Source: Eledone cirrhosa
Taxonomy: Eukaryota
Reading direction: 5' to 3'
DNA length: 64,000 nt
Assembly: GCA_964016885.1 (NCBI GenBank)
Contig: OZ024743.1
Span: 67,952,001 to 68,016,000 of the forward strand
This document shows positions 52,229-64,000 of the stretch, in pieces (positions within the stretch are counted from its first letter, which is position 1; each line of letters begins with the position of its first letter). The translations under genes were made by a program, and so were the position numbers. A model generated the notes under the pieces. That model searched no databases. It saw only the letters and a list, made by a program, of their open reading frames with translations, and was not told the DNA's origin.

Positions 52229-55200
52229 AAAGTTGAACGGGAACAAAACAGAGAGGCAGTACGAACAAAGGTTTATTAGTTTAACGCTCTTGAGAGTGGG
52301 GTGGTAGTGGGGAACGACGTTTCAGGCATAAGCCCTTCTTCGGGCGAAAAGTGTGTGGGAAGAGCGTTCCAAGCGTGTGTAGGGGAGTGGGGAGAGACAT
52401 TTATAAAAAAGGGGGTGAGAGGAAACGGTACAATGAAAATAAATATAAAAGCATAATAAAAATAAAAATAAACATGAGGTTAAACAAGTAGTGGAAGGTT
52501 GTGAGACGTATAGGGGTGGTGGCGTGTGGAGAGGGAGGCGGGGTGTCCGAGCAGGGAGGGCTGAAGGTGGTGTGTGTATAGGTGTACGTGTGTGTGTGTG
52601 TGTGTGTGTTTGTATGTGAATGTGATAGTTGGGGGAAGAACGGGGTTGCATGTTCAGGAAAAGATATGTGTGTGGGTGCGGGTGTAGATTGGTGTGTGTG
52701 TGCGTGTGTGAATTGGGAGGGGTCAGAGGGGAGAGGATTCCGAAGGCTGAGTGTGTAAATATGTGGTGGTACGCACGTGTGTGTGGTGTTTATACGTATT
52801 ATAGATGTAGGTGGCCTGTGGAAAAAAAATGTGTGTGAGTGTATGTCCGCGGGTAAGTTCCTAAGGTAGTTCCGTAGAGGATGTGGTGGGATGCTGGATA
52901 ATTTCCTTGTGATGGAGTTGATTCGTGGGAGCAATGTCCAATATGTGTAATCCGTGGATGGGTTGGTCGGAAGAGAAGAGATGTGGAGTGCACGCGCAAC
53001 AGGAAGTGGTCAGAGGGTCGAGGCAGGAGGAGGGTTGTGTGTCTGTGTGTGCGGAGATGTGTTGAGAGATTCAGGGCATAGGAGCAGTAGGGGAGAATGG
53101 CAGGTGGAGAAAATCGGTGTGTCAGTGTGTGCGGAGGTGCGGTGGACAGGGGAGAGGATGGGTAGGTGTGAAAGGCGGAATGGGAAGGGTGTGTGTATTA
53201 GATGTGTGTGTGTGAGAGAGAAGGGGTGTGGGTGGAGCGGGGAGAGGGAGTGGGAGAGAAAGGTGTGGGGGCCGGTGGAGTGAGTGTAGTGTACTGGTGT
53301 GTGTGTGCGTGTTTAGATGAGTGTGTGTGTGGTGAAAGGGGTGTTAGTGGGTGTTAGTATACTGGTAGTGGGGAAAGGGTTGAATGCGGGTGTTAGTGTG
53401 GGTCAGTGGTGGTAGGGTGTGTAGAGTGGGTGGTGTAAGTGGGAGTGTGTGTTCGTGTGCGTGGGTCGGGAGGTGTTAGTGGTATTAGTTGTGGGGTGGT
53501 GGGAGTGGATGTGTGGGTGAGGGTTAGTGGTGGTAGTAGGGTGTGTGGTTAGTGTGAATGCGTGTATATATGTACCGTGGTGTGTGTGCGTGATAAGGGA
53601 AAGGGGGGAGAAGAAAGAATGTTAGTATTGTTAGTTGGGGAAGGGTGGTCGGTGGTGGGGTGGGGGCGTTAGTATCGTTAGTTGTGGGGTGGGTGGTGAA
53701 AAGGAGGAGTGTGTTAGTGGTGTTAGTGGGGTATGTGTGTGTGTGGGGGGGAGGGACAGGGCGGTCGAAGGCTAAAAGAAAAGGGGTGGGGAGTTCACTC
53801 CAGGGGGAGTGTGGGTCTGTAGGGTGAAGATGGTGCGTTGTTCGACCCTGAGGAGAGGGTGGCGGGTGTTGCGTGGCATTGCAGTAGGCCACAGACTGTG
53901 AGGTGGTGCGCGGAATGTCCGGGGGAGCCAATTGGCGGGCGATGGTGGAACTACCGCCGAGACGAATATCCCGGAGGTGTTCGGTAAAACGGCGACGTCC
54001 AGTCTGTCCGAAGTAGGTTGCGCTGCACTCCGTGCAGCGAAGTGCATAAACTAGGTTGGAGGAGGTGCAGCGGAAGGCATGCCGGACAGAGAGTAGTGGC
54101 CGTTGGGACCCTTGAAGGTTGTGGCGTTGGTGATGTGGGGACAGGTGTTGCAACGAGGCCTGAAACAGGGAAGGGAACCGGATGGGGGAAGAGAGCGTGA
54201 GTTGGGAGGTAGGGAGCTACGGACGATGATGGTGCGGAGATTGCGTGCGCGTTAGAAGGAGAGGAGTGGTGGGGCTGGGAAGATGTGGGGTTGGAGTGGT
54301 CGGACTGGAGGCGTCGGAAGAGGCGGAGGATGGTGCGGTGGAGGGGTAGGGTGGAGGGGTGGTAGGTGATGGGGTACGGGAGACGGTTGGTGGGTATGCG
54401 GTGGCCTGGGGTGAGGGTAGTGGAGCGGTGGAGAGCACGGGCGCGAGTGAGAGCGGTGTGGGCGAGAGAGTGGGGGTAAACTCTGCGGATGAAATGGCTG
54501 ACTAGGGAAAGGGCCTGCGACTCAAAGTCAGCATCTCAGCTACAGAGGCGGCGGATCCTGAGGAGTTGGGAGTAGGGTTATAGAGTGTTTAGTGTGTGTA
54601 GGGTGGGAAGAGGTGAAGTCGAGGTAGGAGTGCGTTTGAAGAAGGCGGAGGTGACGAGGGTGTGATTAGAGGGGTCGAAGGCGAGGAATATATCAAAGAA
54701 GTGGACGTGGTGCTGGAGATAGAGGTGGTGAAGTGGAGGGAGGGGCGGAAGGAGCAGAAGAAGGAGAGAAAGGAGTTGAGCTGTTCTCGGATGAGGGTCG
54801 TGGCTCAGATACAATCGTCAATGTAACGACCGTACAGTTCGGGCGTGGGGCCGGTGTACTGGGCAAAGATTTGGGCCTCAACATGGTCAACAAAAAGGTT
54901 GGCATAGTCTGGACCCATTCTTGTGCCCATGGCTACCCCCGTGACCTGTTGGTAAAACTCACCCGAGAAGGAGAATCAGTTGAGGGTGAGGACCAGCTCG
55001 GCGAGGCGAAGGAGGGTGGGGTGGAGGGGATGGGGGAGGGGCGAATTTCGAGGTAGTGCTTGAGGGCACGTAGGCCGTCGGCGTGGGGATGACTGTATAT
55101 AGCGACTTGATATCTAGGGTGAAGAGGAAGGGCTGTGGGCCGGGTGGGAAGGTGAAGGAGTCGAATAGGCGAAGGGCGGGTTGGTGTCGGAGATATGGGA

Positions 55201-56655
55201 GGGGAGGGTGGTGACGAGGGGTGCGAGGAAGGAGTCAAGAAAGGCGAAGATGAGTTCGGTGGGCAGTTGCAAGCGGAGACGATGGGGCGGCCGGGGTTGT
55301 CGGATTTGTCGAGTTTGGGGAGGATGTAGATAGTGGGCTGCGGGGGTGCGGACGATGAGGTGGGAAGCGGTGGGGTGAGGAGGGAGGAGGAGACAAGGTG
55401 TTGGATGGTGGAGGAAACTTGTTGTTGGTAGAGGGGTGTGAGATCAGAGGGTAGAGGGCGGTAGAAGAGGGGGTTACGGAGCTGCGTGAGGGCTTCAGCC
55501 GTTTAGAGGTCCGCGCGCCACACCACTGCGGCGCCTCCCTTGTCCGCCGGTTTGATGACGATGTCATCTCGGCTACGGAGGGAGCGGAGAGCGAGGAGTT
55601 CGCCCAGTGAGATGTTATTCCGTTGGGATCGGTGGCGGAAGTCGAAGCGATTTACTGCGCTACGGCTGGCATCGACGAACGCGTCCAGGGTGCTAAATTG
55701 CCCTGGGACCCGCGTCCAAGACGATGGTCGTCGTCCCAGGGCGAGAAACGGGTCTGGGGCGTCGGAGCCGGTGGCGTTTGACCGAAATGTGCCTGTAGCT
55801 TCGTGCGTTGCACGAATCGCTCGACTTCCGTTCGGGTGCAGAATTCGTCGCTGTGCGGAGTGTGGGGTATGAAGCGAAGCCCTCTACAGAGGAGTGAGCG
55901 CTCAGGTGTGGAGAGGGGAGATCAGGGGGTATGGTGACAGCAAGTGGTGGGGTTTGGGTGTGTGATGGAGGAACGGGGGTGTGGTGAGGGGTAAGTTGGA
56001 GTGTGGAGATTGGGTAGGGGTGGAGAGTGGTGGGGAGGGGTGGATGGGTGTGTGGGGGGTCATATGGATGGGAGGGTGGTGGTGGGGAGGAGTGAGTGTA
56101 GCTTAAGGGCTTTGGCGGAGGTGAGGAAGGAGAAGATTGTTTTGGATGAAGAGAGGATGGCGTGGGCGAGGAGGGGGGTGGCAGGCGGAATTAAGGCGGA
56201 GGAGGGTGGGGGCCAGTTGGTAGTCAAGTTTGCGGATGGTGGAGCGGGAGGTGCTGAGGGAGTTGCGCACTAGGAGGCGCGAGGATGGGGTGAGGATACG
56301 TTGAGTGGAGGGGGAAGAGGGGGGTGGAAGTATAGACGGAAGCCGAGGGGGATAAAGAGGAGGTGTAGGTAGCGGCTGAGGAAATGGATGTGTCTGGAGT
56401 GCCGGGTTTTGGCGAAGAGAAGGTAGGTGAGTTGAAGGGTCGAGGGAAATAGCAGGGTGGGAAGAGGGGGGTGCGGAAAAATTTGAGGCTGGTGTAGTGT
56501 TGGTGGAGAAAGGATCTCAGGCTGGGCATGGTGGACGTTGAGGGAAAGTAGGGGGGGGGGGGTGAGAAGGAAGGTGTGTGAAGCGGGGGGAGGGGTGGAA
56601 GGAAGGGGTGAGTGCGAAAGATAAGCAGAGACGGGGAAGGGAAAATCTAACAATC
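52226..56655 (-). mobile_element. Near full-length GC-rich PLE (Neptune-like), heavily frameshifted
   Basis: N-terminal HIHFLSRYL..IPLGF, then VIKPADKGG, FTLDIKSLY, AMGTRMGPDYANLF, RYIDDC, and GIY-YIG FRCTSSNLVYALRCTECSATYFGQTGRR. The 3' end lies in (TA)n. Confidence 0.88.
52313..52346 (-). ncRNA. HHR-like motif in PLE 3' end (second copy about 59171-59205)
   Basis: CCGAAGA-agggc ttat gcct-GAAA-cgtc. The second copy is CTGAAGA-agagc ttat gccc-GAAA. Stem I is unclear. Confidence 0.55.
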
Positions 56656-57470
56656 TGTGAAATCTTTGTTACAGTTAGGCATATTTGAAAAAAGGAAAAG
56701 AATAACTTGTAGTTCGAAACAATTTGATTTAATTTAACAATTTGTAGATCTAGTAAGTTCTGAGATCAGTTTGACAATCGCCACCGATGAATGCGAGAAA
56801 GTTCTCCAGGAAAGTTAACCAGGATTCTTTTAAACTCTTCCCACCGAAGTTAACAAAGAACTTACTAGATCTACAAAACTAAATTGTAAAATTATAATAT
56901 AAAATTAAATCAAATTGTTTAAAGCTTAACGTGAAGTCATTCTTTTCCTTTTTTTTCATATATATATATGAAAAAAAGGAAAAGAATAGCTTCACTTTAA
57001 ATTTTATTTATTTTATAATATTATAATTTTACAATATGTATATAATAATAATAAATTTGAAGACTAAAATCCAAAGAGCGTTCGATAAGGATAAATATAT
57101 ATCAGCTTATCCCGTTAAGTGTGAAAGTAGCGATACTTTGCTTAAACTTTATTTTAATATATATATATATATATATATATTAAAATTTATATATATATAT
57201 ATATAATCTGTTATTTTAATAAATATTTGCTCCACGGATCTAATATATTTATCCTTATCGAGCCCTCTTTGTATTTTAGTATTCAAATTTATCATTATTA
57301 CTATATATAGAGAGAGAGAGAAAGAGAGAGAGACATATATAGATATATATATACAATATAGTTTCCATTTATTAATATATTGTGTATTTACTCCACCATA
57401 TGTTGAGTGCTATATACCAGTTATAAAAATGTTTAAGCTTGTTGAATCCCAACAAATTAAATATAACCTC

Positions 57471-57548
<78 letters not shown>

Positions 57549-57578
57549 TATATATATATACATATATATATATACATA

Positions 57579-57692
<114 letters not shown>

Positions 57693-58349
57693 GAGAGATA
57701 AAATGTGAAGTTGGAAATAGCAGGGAGAATATATTTAAGGGTCTGTTTTTCTTTTATTATCCTTTCTTTATTCGTCAAAGTGACATTATTGAAAAGATGA
57801 CGTTATTGAAAAAATGAGAGTGACAATTTAAAAAAAAAAATTATAATGTATATAAAGTATAAAAAATATTACCGGTTTCGATGTATTATTAAAATGTATC
57901 TTAGCAAATGTTCAGTAATGAAATAAAAATATTTCTTCACAGAACAAAGTTGTTTTTATATCTGATTGTGTTAATTAACACAATCAGATGTACACACACA
58001 TATTTACAGGATGTTTTCGTCCCCCTTCCCCCGCCCCCGAAACAACTGTGTTCTGTGAAGAAACACAGCTGCTGCTATCTTCACTACCACCACTCTATTA
58101 ACAATTACTAATTCTCCAGCCAATTTTTGAGCAGGAATGATAGGAAAAGTACTTACTACAACATTTGATTTTGATTTTAAATCTTTAATTTTTAGTTTTT
58201 AATTTTTTATTTCAATACTCAACATTTGATAAGATGAATTTTAATATTACATTGAAACCGGTAATATATTATATACATTATATACATTATAAAACTTTTG
58301 TAAAAAGAATTGTCCCTCTCATTTTTTCATCCAATAATGTCATTTATTC

Positions 58350-58530
58350 AAGAATTGTTTCTAATATTGGCACAAGGCTAGCAATTACCCAGTGTCATTT
58401 ATTCAATAATTGTTTCTACTTTAGGCAAAAGGCCAGCAATTCGCCAGTGCATTACTGGTACTTTATTTTATCGACCCCGTAAGGATGAAAGGCAAAGTCA
58501 ACCTCGGCGGGATTTGAACTCAGATCGTAA
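58350..58530 (-). mobile_element. tRNA-derived SINE
   Basis: Same core as 16670-16965, in reverse. Confidence 0.75.
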
Positions 58531-58724
58531 AGGGACGTAACTATGTTGGAAAGCATGGCGTCCGACCCTCTACCGATACTGCCGTCACTTTGACGAATCG
58601 AAGAAGGGATAAAAAAAAAAGAAAAACGGACGCTTACATATATTCTCCGTGCTATTTCCAACTTCACCTTTTCCCTATAACCACTGTTTTGTATAGAACC
58701 TTACTTCCCTTTTCTAATATATAT

Positions 58725-58935
58725 TGAAAAATGCAAACTTGACTGTCACCCCATAATATGAATCTAAAGATTGCGAAAGCATGAAAGTACTTGATCAATT
58801 AACACTTAACATTTAATATTCTACCATACTATTTCATTCTAATACCATTATAAATTGTAAAGGATTGTAAATAAAACGAGTAAATCAAACAAAGTTGGAA
58901 TTCCTTTTATTAATATAATCTTCTATACACAATCT
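58725..58935 (+). repeat. Solo pLTR of the 11365-14965 PLE with a mutated HHR
   Basis: Matches 14775-14965, but the core reads ctaaaga. Confidence 0.8.
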
Positions 58936-59004
58936 ATATCTCTCTCTCTCTATATATATATATATCGTTTCTGAATTATTGGCAACAAGATCCTCCCAGA
59001 GTAT

Positions 59005-59082
<78 letters not shown>

Positions 59083-59084
<2 letters not shown>

Positions 59085-60992
59085 GAAAAATTGAACGGGA
59101 ACAAAACAGAGAGGCAGTACAAACAAATGTTTATTAATTTCACGCTCTTGAGAGTGGGGTGGTTGTGGGGAACCACATTTCGGGCATAAGCTCTTCTTCA
59201 GGTGAAAAGTGTGTGGGAAGAGAGTTCAACGGGTGTGTCGGGGAGTAGTGGAGAGACATATAGCAAAAAGAGGGTGAGAGGAAACGGTGCAAATGAAAGT
59301 AAAAATAAAGGCATGATCAAAATAAAATTAAAATGGGGTAAAACATGTGGTGGAAGCGTGTGGGGCGTGTAGGGGTGGTAGCGGGTGGAGTGGGGAGAGG
59401 GAGACGGGGTGTCCGAGCGGGGAGGGCTGAAGGTGGTGTGTGTGTGTAGGTGTACGTGTGTGTGTGTGTGTGTGTATGTGAAAGCAAGGGTTGGGGGTAG
59501 AACGGGGTTGCATGTTCAGGAAGAGGTGTGTGTGGGGTGGGGTGTAGTTCGGAGTGTGTGTGCGTGTGTGGATAGAGGGGTGGGGGAGAGGATTCCGGAA
59601 TGTGTAAATATGTGGTGGTACGCACGTGTGTGTGTGGTGTTTATGCGTGTTGTGTATGTAGGTGGCGTGTGCCAAAAAAAATTGTTTGGGGTGTGTGTGT
59701 AGGGTGAGTCATAAAGGTAATTCCGTAAAAAGATGTGGTGGAATGCTTAGTAAAATCCTCGGATGTGGTGGATTCTCGGGATTAAGGTTCACATACGTCT
59801 AATCCGTGAAGAGATTGGTCGGAAGAGGGGAGATGTGGGGTGCGCGCGCAACAGTAAGTGGTCAGAGGGTCAAGGCAGGAGGAGTGTTGTGTGTCTGTGT
59901 GTGCGGGGAGGTGGTCAGAGGGCATAGCAGCAGTAGGGTAGAATGGTAAGTGAAAGTGTGTCAGTGTGTGCGGTGGACAGGGGAGAGGATGGGTAGGTGT
60001 GAAAGTTGGAGTGAGGAGGGTGTGTGTGTGTATTAGTAGAGGTGTTAGTGTGATGAGTGAGTGTTTGAGAAAGGGTGTGGGTGGAGCGGGGAGAGAAGGG
60101 TATGGGGGCCGATGAAGGGTGTGTAGTGTACTGGTGTGTGCGTGTGGTGAAGGGGGTGTTAGTGGGTGTTAGTATACAGGAGGTGGAGAAAGGGTTGAAT
60201 GCGAGTGTGAGTGGGGGTCAGTGGTGGTAGAGTATGTAGAGTGGGTGGTGTAAGAGGGTGTGTGTGCACGTGTGCGTAGGGTTGAGGGGTGTTAGTGATG
60301 TTAGTTGCGTGTAGGGTGGGCGGTGTAAGTGGGTGTGTGTGTTCGTGTGCTCGGGGTCAGGGAGCGTTAGTGATGTTAGTTGCGGGGTGGTGGGGTTGAT
60401 GTGTGGGGGTGAGGGTTAGTGGTGGTAGTAGGGTGTGTGTTTAGTGTGAGCGCGTGTATATATGTGCCGGTGGATGTGTGCGTGTGATAAGGAGGGGGGG
60501 AGAAGAAGGGAGGGATGTTAGTATGTTGGTTGGAGAAGGGTGGTCGAATGTGGGCTGGAGGTGTTAGTATTGTTAGTTGTGGGGTGGGCGGTGAAAAGGA
60601 GGGGTGTGTTAGGGTGTTAGTGGGCGATATGGGTGGGGGGAGGGGCGCGGTCGGAGGCTAAAGGAATAAGGGTGGGGAGTTCAGGCCGGGGGGGGGGGGG
60701 AGTGTGGGTCTGTAAGATGAAGATGATTCGTTGTTCGACTCTTAGGAGATTGGCGGGTGTTACGTGGCATTGGAGTAGGCCACAGACTGTGAGATGGCGT
60801 GCGAAATGTCCAGGGGCACCAAAGTGGCGGGCGATGAGGGAACTACCACCGAGACGAATATCCCGGAGGTGCTCAGTGAATCTGTCCGCCAGGCGACGTC
60901 TAGTCTGTACGACGTAAGTCCCGCTGCACTCCGTGCAGCGAACTCCGTAGCCTAGGTTGGAGGAGGTGCAGCGGAAGGCATGCCGGACAGAG
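59083..60992 (-). mobile_element. 3' fragment of the GC-rich PLE (GIY-YIG and 3' UTR)
   Basis: FRCTSSNLGYGVRCTECSGTYVVQTRRRLADRFTEH is colinear with 52226-54090. Confidence 0.88.
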
Positions 60993-60999
60993 AGTATGT

Positions 61000-61281
61000 G
61001 TGTGTATATATATATAGTGAATATCATTTGACACCTTTTATTGTTAAGATTTTTGATGTTCTATTAAGAGAACCGATTTTACTGAAAAAATCGAATAACG
61101 TACACCATTTAACCAGGGGGGAAAAATACTGGTCCCCCCCCACCACACACACACACATATACACAAACACATACACACGCGTACATCAACATACAAAGAG
61201 ACTTATACACACACACACACACACGCACTTCTCCGTATAAGACAAAAGCTGAAAATATCTTTTGACCTTCGAATGACTCTG

Positions 61282-61357
<76 letters not shown>

Positions 61358-61426
61358 ATCTTAATAGCCATTTGACACACATCGCTGCTGGCCATTGTCG
61401 CAGCATCGAACACCTTACTACTACTA

Positions 61427-61462
<36 letters not shown>

Positions 61463-61951
61463 ACACACACACACACACATATTTGTTGTGAAAGAGTCAT
61501 TTCTCAATCTTGGCGCAAAACCAATTTTTTATCCACATGACCTCTACCGACCAATCAAAATTGTTTTGACCAAGAATTTTTGCTGGAGCCACTTTTTTAA
61601 CATAAAAACACTCTTGGCGCAAAATCAACTTTTTACATTCACATGACCTCTACCGACCAATCAAAATTGTTTTGATCACAAGCATTTTTGCAACACAAAA
61701 ATAACGCTGGAGCCACTTTTTTAACATAAAAACAGGTAGAATTCCCAAAACTAATCAGATCAGAGCAAACAGCACGGACACTCTATCTCAAAATTATTTT
61801 TGAAAAGCATTTAGAAATGAGCAACCGGTAAAAACTTAAAAACTTAAAACCACAACTGAATACTAACCCATACAATCACTAATACTCTTTTATTCCTAAT
61901 TAAACCATTTTTCAACTGTGAACAATTTGTCAGCATTTTCTATTCCGTTTA

Positions 61952-61953
<2 letters not shown>
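61000..61953 (+). mobile_element. 3' UTR/terminal repeat of the Neptune-like PLE
   Basis: Reverse complement of 18071-19200. Confidence 0.85.
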
Positions 61954-62020
<67 letters not shown>

Positions 62021-62023
<3 letters not shown>

Positions 62024-62099
62024 CAGTCGATTGACTTTCGTCAAATCGGTCCGAGGAAACAATGTTTCTGTTGGTCTTTCTAATTGCTAATTCTATTAA

Positions 62100-62165
<66 letters not shown>

Positions 62166-62733
62166 GTTTGAAAGGGCTGAAGACGAGCACTTACTTCTTC
62201 GGTGATGCCCTGATTAACCTTTTCAAATCTCATTTGAAAAGGAAAATTAGGGTAGAGAGGAAAGTGCTCTCTTCCCAGCATTTTGTTGAAAGATGGGTGA
62301 GAGAGGCAAGAATGGCCCGATTGAATGGGCCTACTCTGAATATGTGTCTGTAAATTAAAGGTGGAAAATTGGGAGAGGGCACATGCCTTGGTGGTCAGGG
62401 TCACTGTGGCTTTTTAATGGGCTTTCTCCAGGAATGTCCCTCGGAAGTCTCCCCCCTATTGGGGAATTTTTTCATTTGTTTTTTTACACGCAGAAATGCC
62501 TTTTTGTACCGTCCTGTATTCAAATGTACTGTCCTTAATATCTACTTTGTGTAAACCCTTGTGGTTAATAAAGAAAGCATTATTATTATTATTATTAGTT
62601 TCTATTAATAGTATCTATCGGTTGCAATTCCAGGTAGAATGAGCAACCGGAAATAAAGTGTCTTGCTCAAGGATATAACGCATTGCCCGATCCGGGAATC
62701 GAACTCACAACCACTCTAACCACTCAGCCATGC

Positions 62734-62735
<2 letters not shown>
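62021..62735 (-). mobile_element. CORE/V-like SINE split by a Tx1 insertion
   Basis: 3' half at 62021-62095 and 5' half at about 62600-62735, colinear with 8618-8802. Confidence 0.7.
62165..62578 (+). mobile_element. 5'-truncated Tx1-like LINE 3' end inside (ATT)n
   Basis: RLKGLKTSTYFFGDALINLFKSHLKRKIRVERKVLSSQHFVERWVREARMARLNGPTL is homologous to the ORF2 C-terminus. Ends aataaagaaagc followed by (ATT)n. Confidence 0.88.
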
Positions 62736-62810
<75 letters not shown>

Positions 62811-62855
62811 TGTTATACTTTGGAAAGACCACATAAACAAAGAAAATAATCCCCA

Positions 62856-62898
62856 GTCACTGAAGAGGTCACAGAATGTGTGACGAAAGAACTTTGAC
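62856..62898 (+). ncRNA. Type I hammerhead ribozyme
   Basis: gtca-CTGAAGA-g gtcac agaatgt gtgac-GAAA-gaac-TT-tgac. Confidence 0.72.
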
Positions 62899-63106
62899 AA
62901 TATATAAACAACCACCTGGTTGTGGAACCAACCAACCAACCGGAAATTTATAAATTCCTAACTTTATAAATGTATTATAATAAATTGAAGTGAAAGCAAC
63001 TGGTGCGTGTGTTTCTTATTGGCAACAAGACCCTCCCAAAGTATAACAATATCGGTTTCAACACACGTTTTCAGATAAAGAATCTTGCTAAACAAATTCA
63101 GAAACG

Positions 63107-63154
<48 letters not shown>

Positions 63155-63220
63155 GAAGTAGTTCGCTCGGAAAAGTCCAGGAAAAAAGATTGCTCTATGT
63201 AGGTAACAGAGCTTAATAGT

Positions 63221-63495
63221 TATGTAATAAACAACATAAGGCAATTATTCCATTTACCAGTGGTTTCTTAAAAGCAAACAATTTTGCTTTCAATCCTCAG
63301 AACTAAAAAAATCCTGGCCTGTTTATTGAATTTGGATTTTAAAAACCTAATTCAATTAAAATTCAATTAAAATTCAATTAAAATTCAAATTCAATAAACA
63401 GACCATGATTTTTTCATTCTGATGATTGAAAGCAAAATTTTTTGCTTTTAAGAAACCACTGGTAAATGGATTAATTGCCTTATGTTGTTTATTAC

Positions 63496-63498
<3 letters not shown>
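63221..63498. repeat. Inverted repeat (about 113-bp arms) with stem-II-less HHR-like motifs
   Basis: 63221-63333 pairs with 63386-63498. CTGA(T/G)GA-tt-GAAA-gcaaa..tttgc-TT is present in both arms. Confidence 0.7.
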
Positions 63499-63534
<36 letters not shown>

Positions 63535-63744
63535 AAATTAAGATAAATCAAAGTGAATTTAATCTAAATCAAAATTATGGGTGTCATTCCAGAAAGGTAT
63601 GCGCCATATCACCCGTAAAATAAGCTCCAAGATTCTAATGAATAGGTCCGAGCATTTTATAACAACTAGAAATTGATTAACATATAAATAAACATATGTA
63701 ACAATCACAGGGGATAATTTTCACAAGTGTTTAAGCACGCATAG

Positions 63745-63814
<70 letters not shown>

Positions 63815-64000
63815 AGAGAAGCAAAAAGTTGCTCATTGTGATCCAGTTTCTGGTTAAGAAAGCCAGTTTCATGGATGGTTTCAACGTACGGTTAGGGGTA
63901 ACTCCACAAGTTTGTAAGAATTCCGTTCAATCTTGGAGTATAAAGTATAAAAGAGAAAACACAGGTAAGCATTAAGAGAAGGATTTTATCCAGGTATTTA

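Overview
AT-rich eukaryotic, repeat-dominated region, most likely intronic or intergenic. The (TA)n/(TG)n density and the SINE families resemble a cephalopod (Octopus-like) genome, which is an inference. Almost all short ORFs in the track are microsatellite artefacts. Real content: (1) one apparently intact 5.8-kb Tx1/L1-clade LINE (ORF1 zinc knuckle, ORF2 APE-RT-zinc finger) with a 23-bp target-site duplication at an (AGAT)n edge, plus three decayed relatives; (2) several Penelope-like elements (PLEs; RT and GIY-YIG) of at least three groups, mostly 5'-truncated or inverted and anchored in (TA)n; (3) RTE-like and R4/Dong-like LINE fragments and tRNA-derived SINEs; (4) a possible terminal host exon at the left edge. 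The most striking signal is non-coding. By eye, about 20 intact or degenerate type-I hammerhead ribozyme (HHR) motifs from about 10 families are present. They include two tandem arrays of ORF-less, self-complementary, HHR-carrying monomers (312 bp and about 470-500 bp; retrozyme-like), HHRs with large stem-II insertions, and core variants conserved between copies (CCGANGA, CUGAUGY, a GUG site, a U-U stem-II closing pair). All folds were paired by hand and none has been tested.
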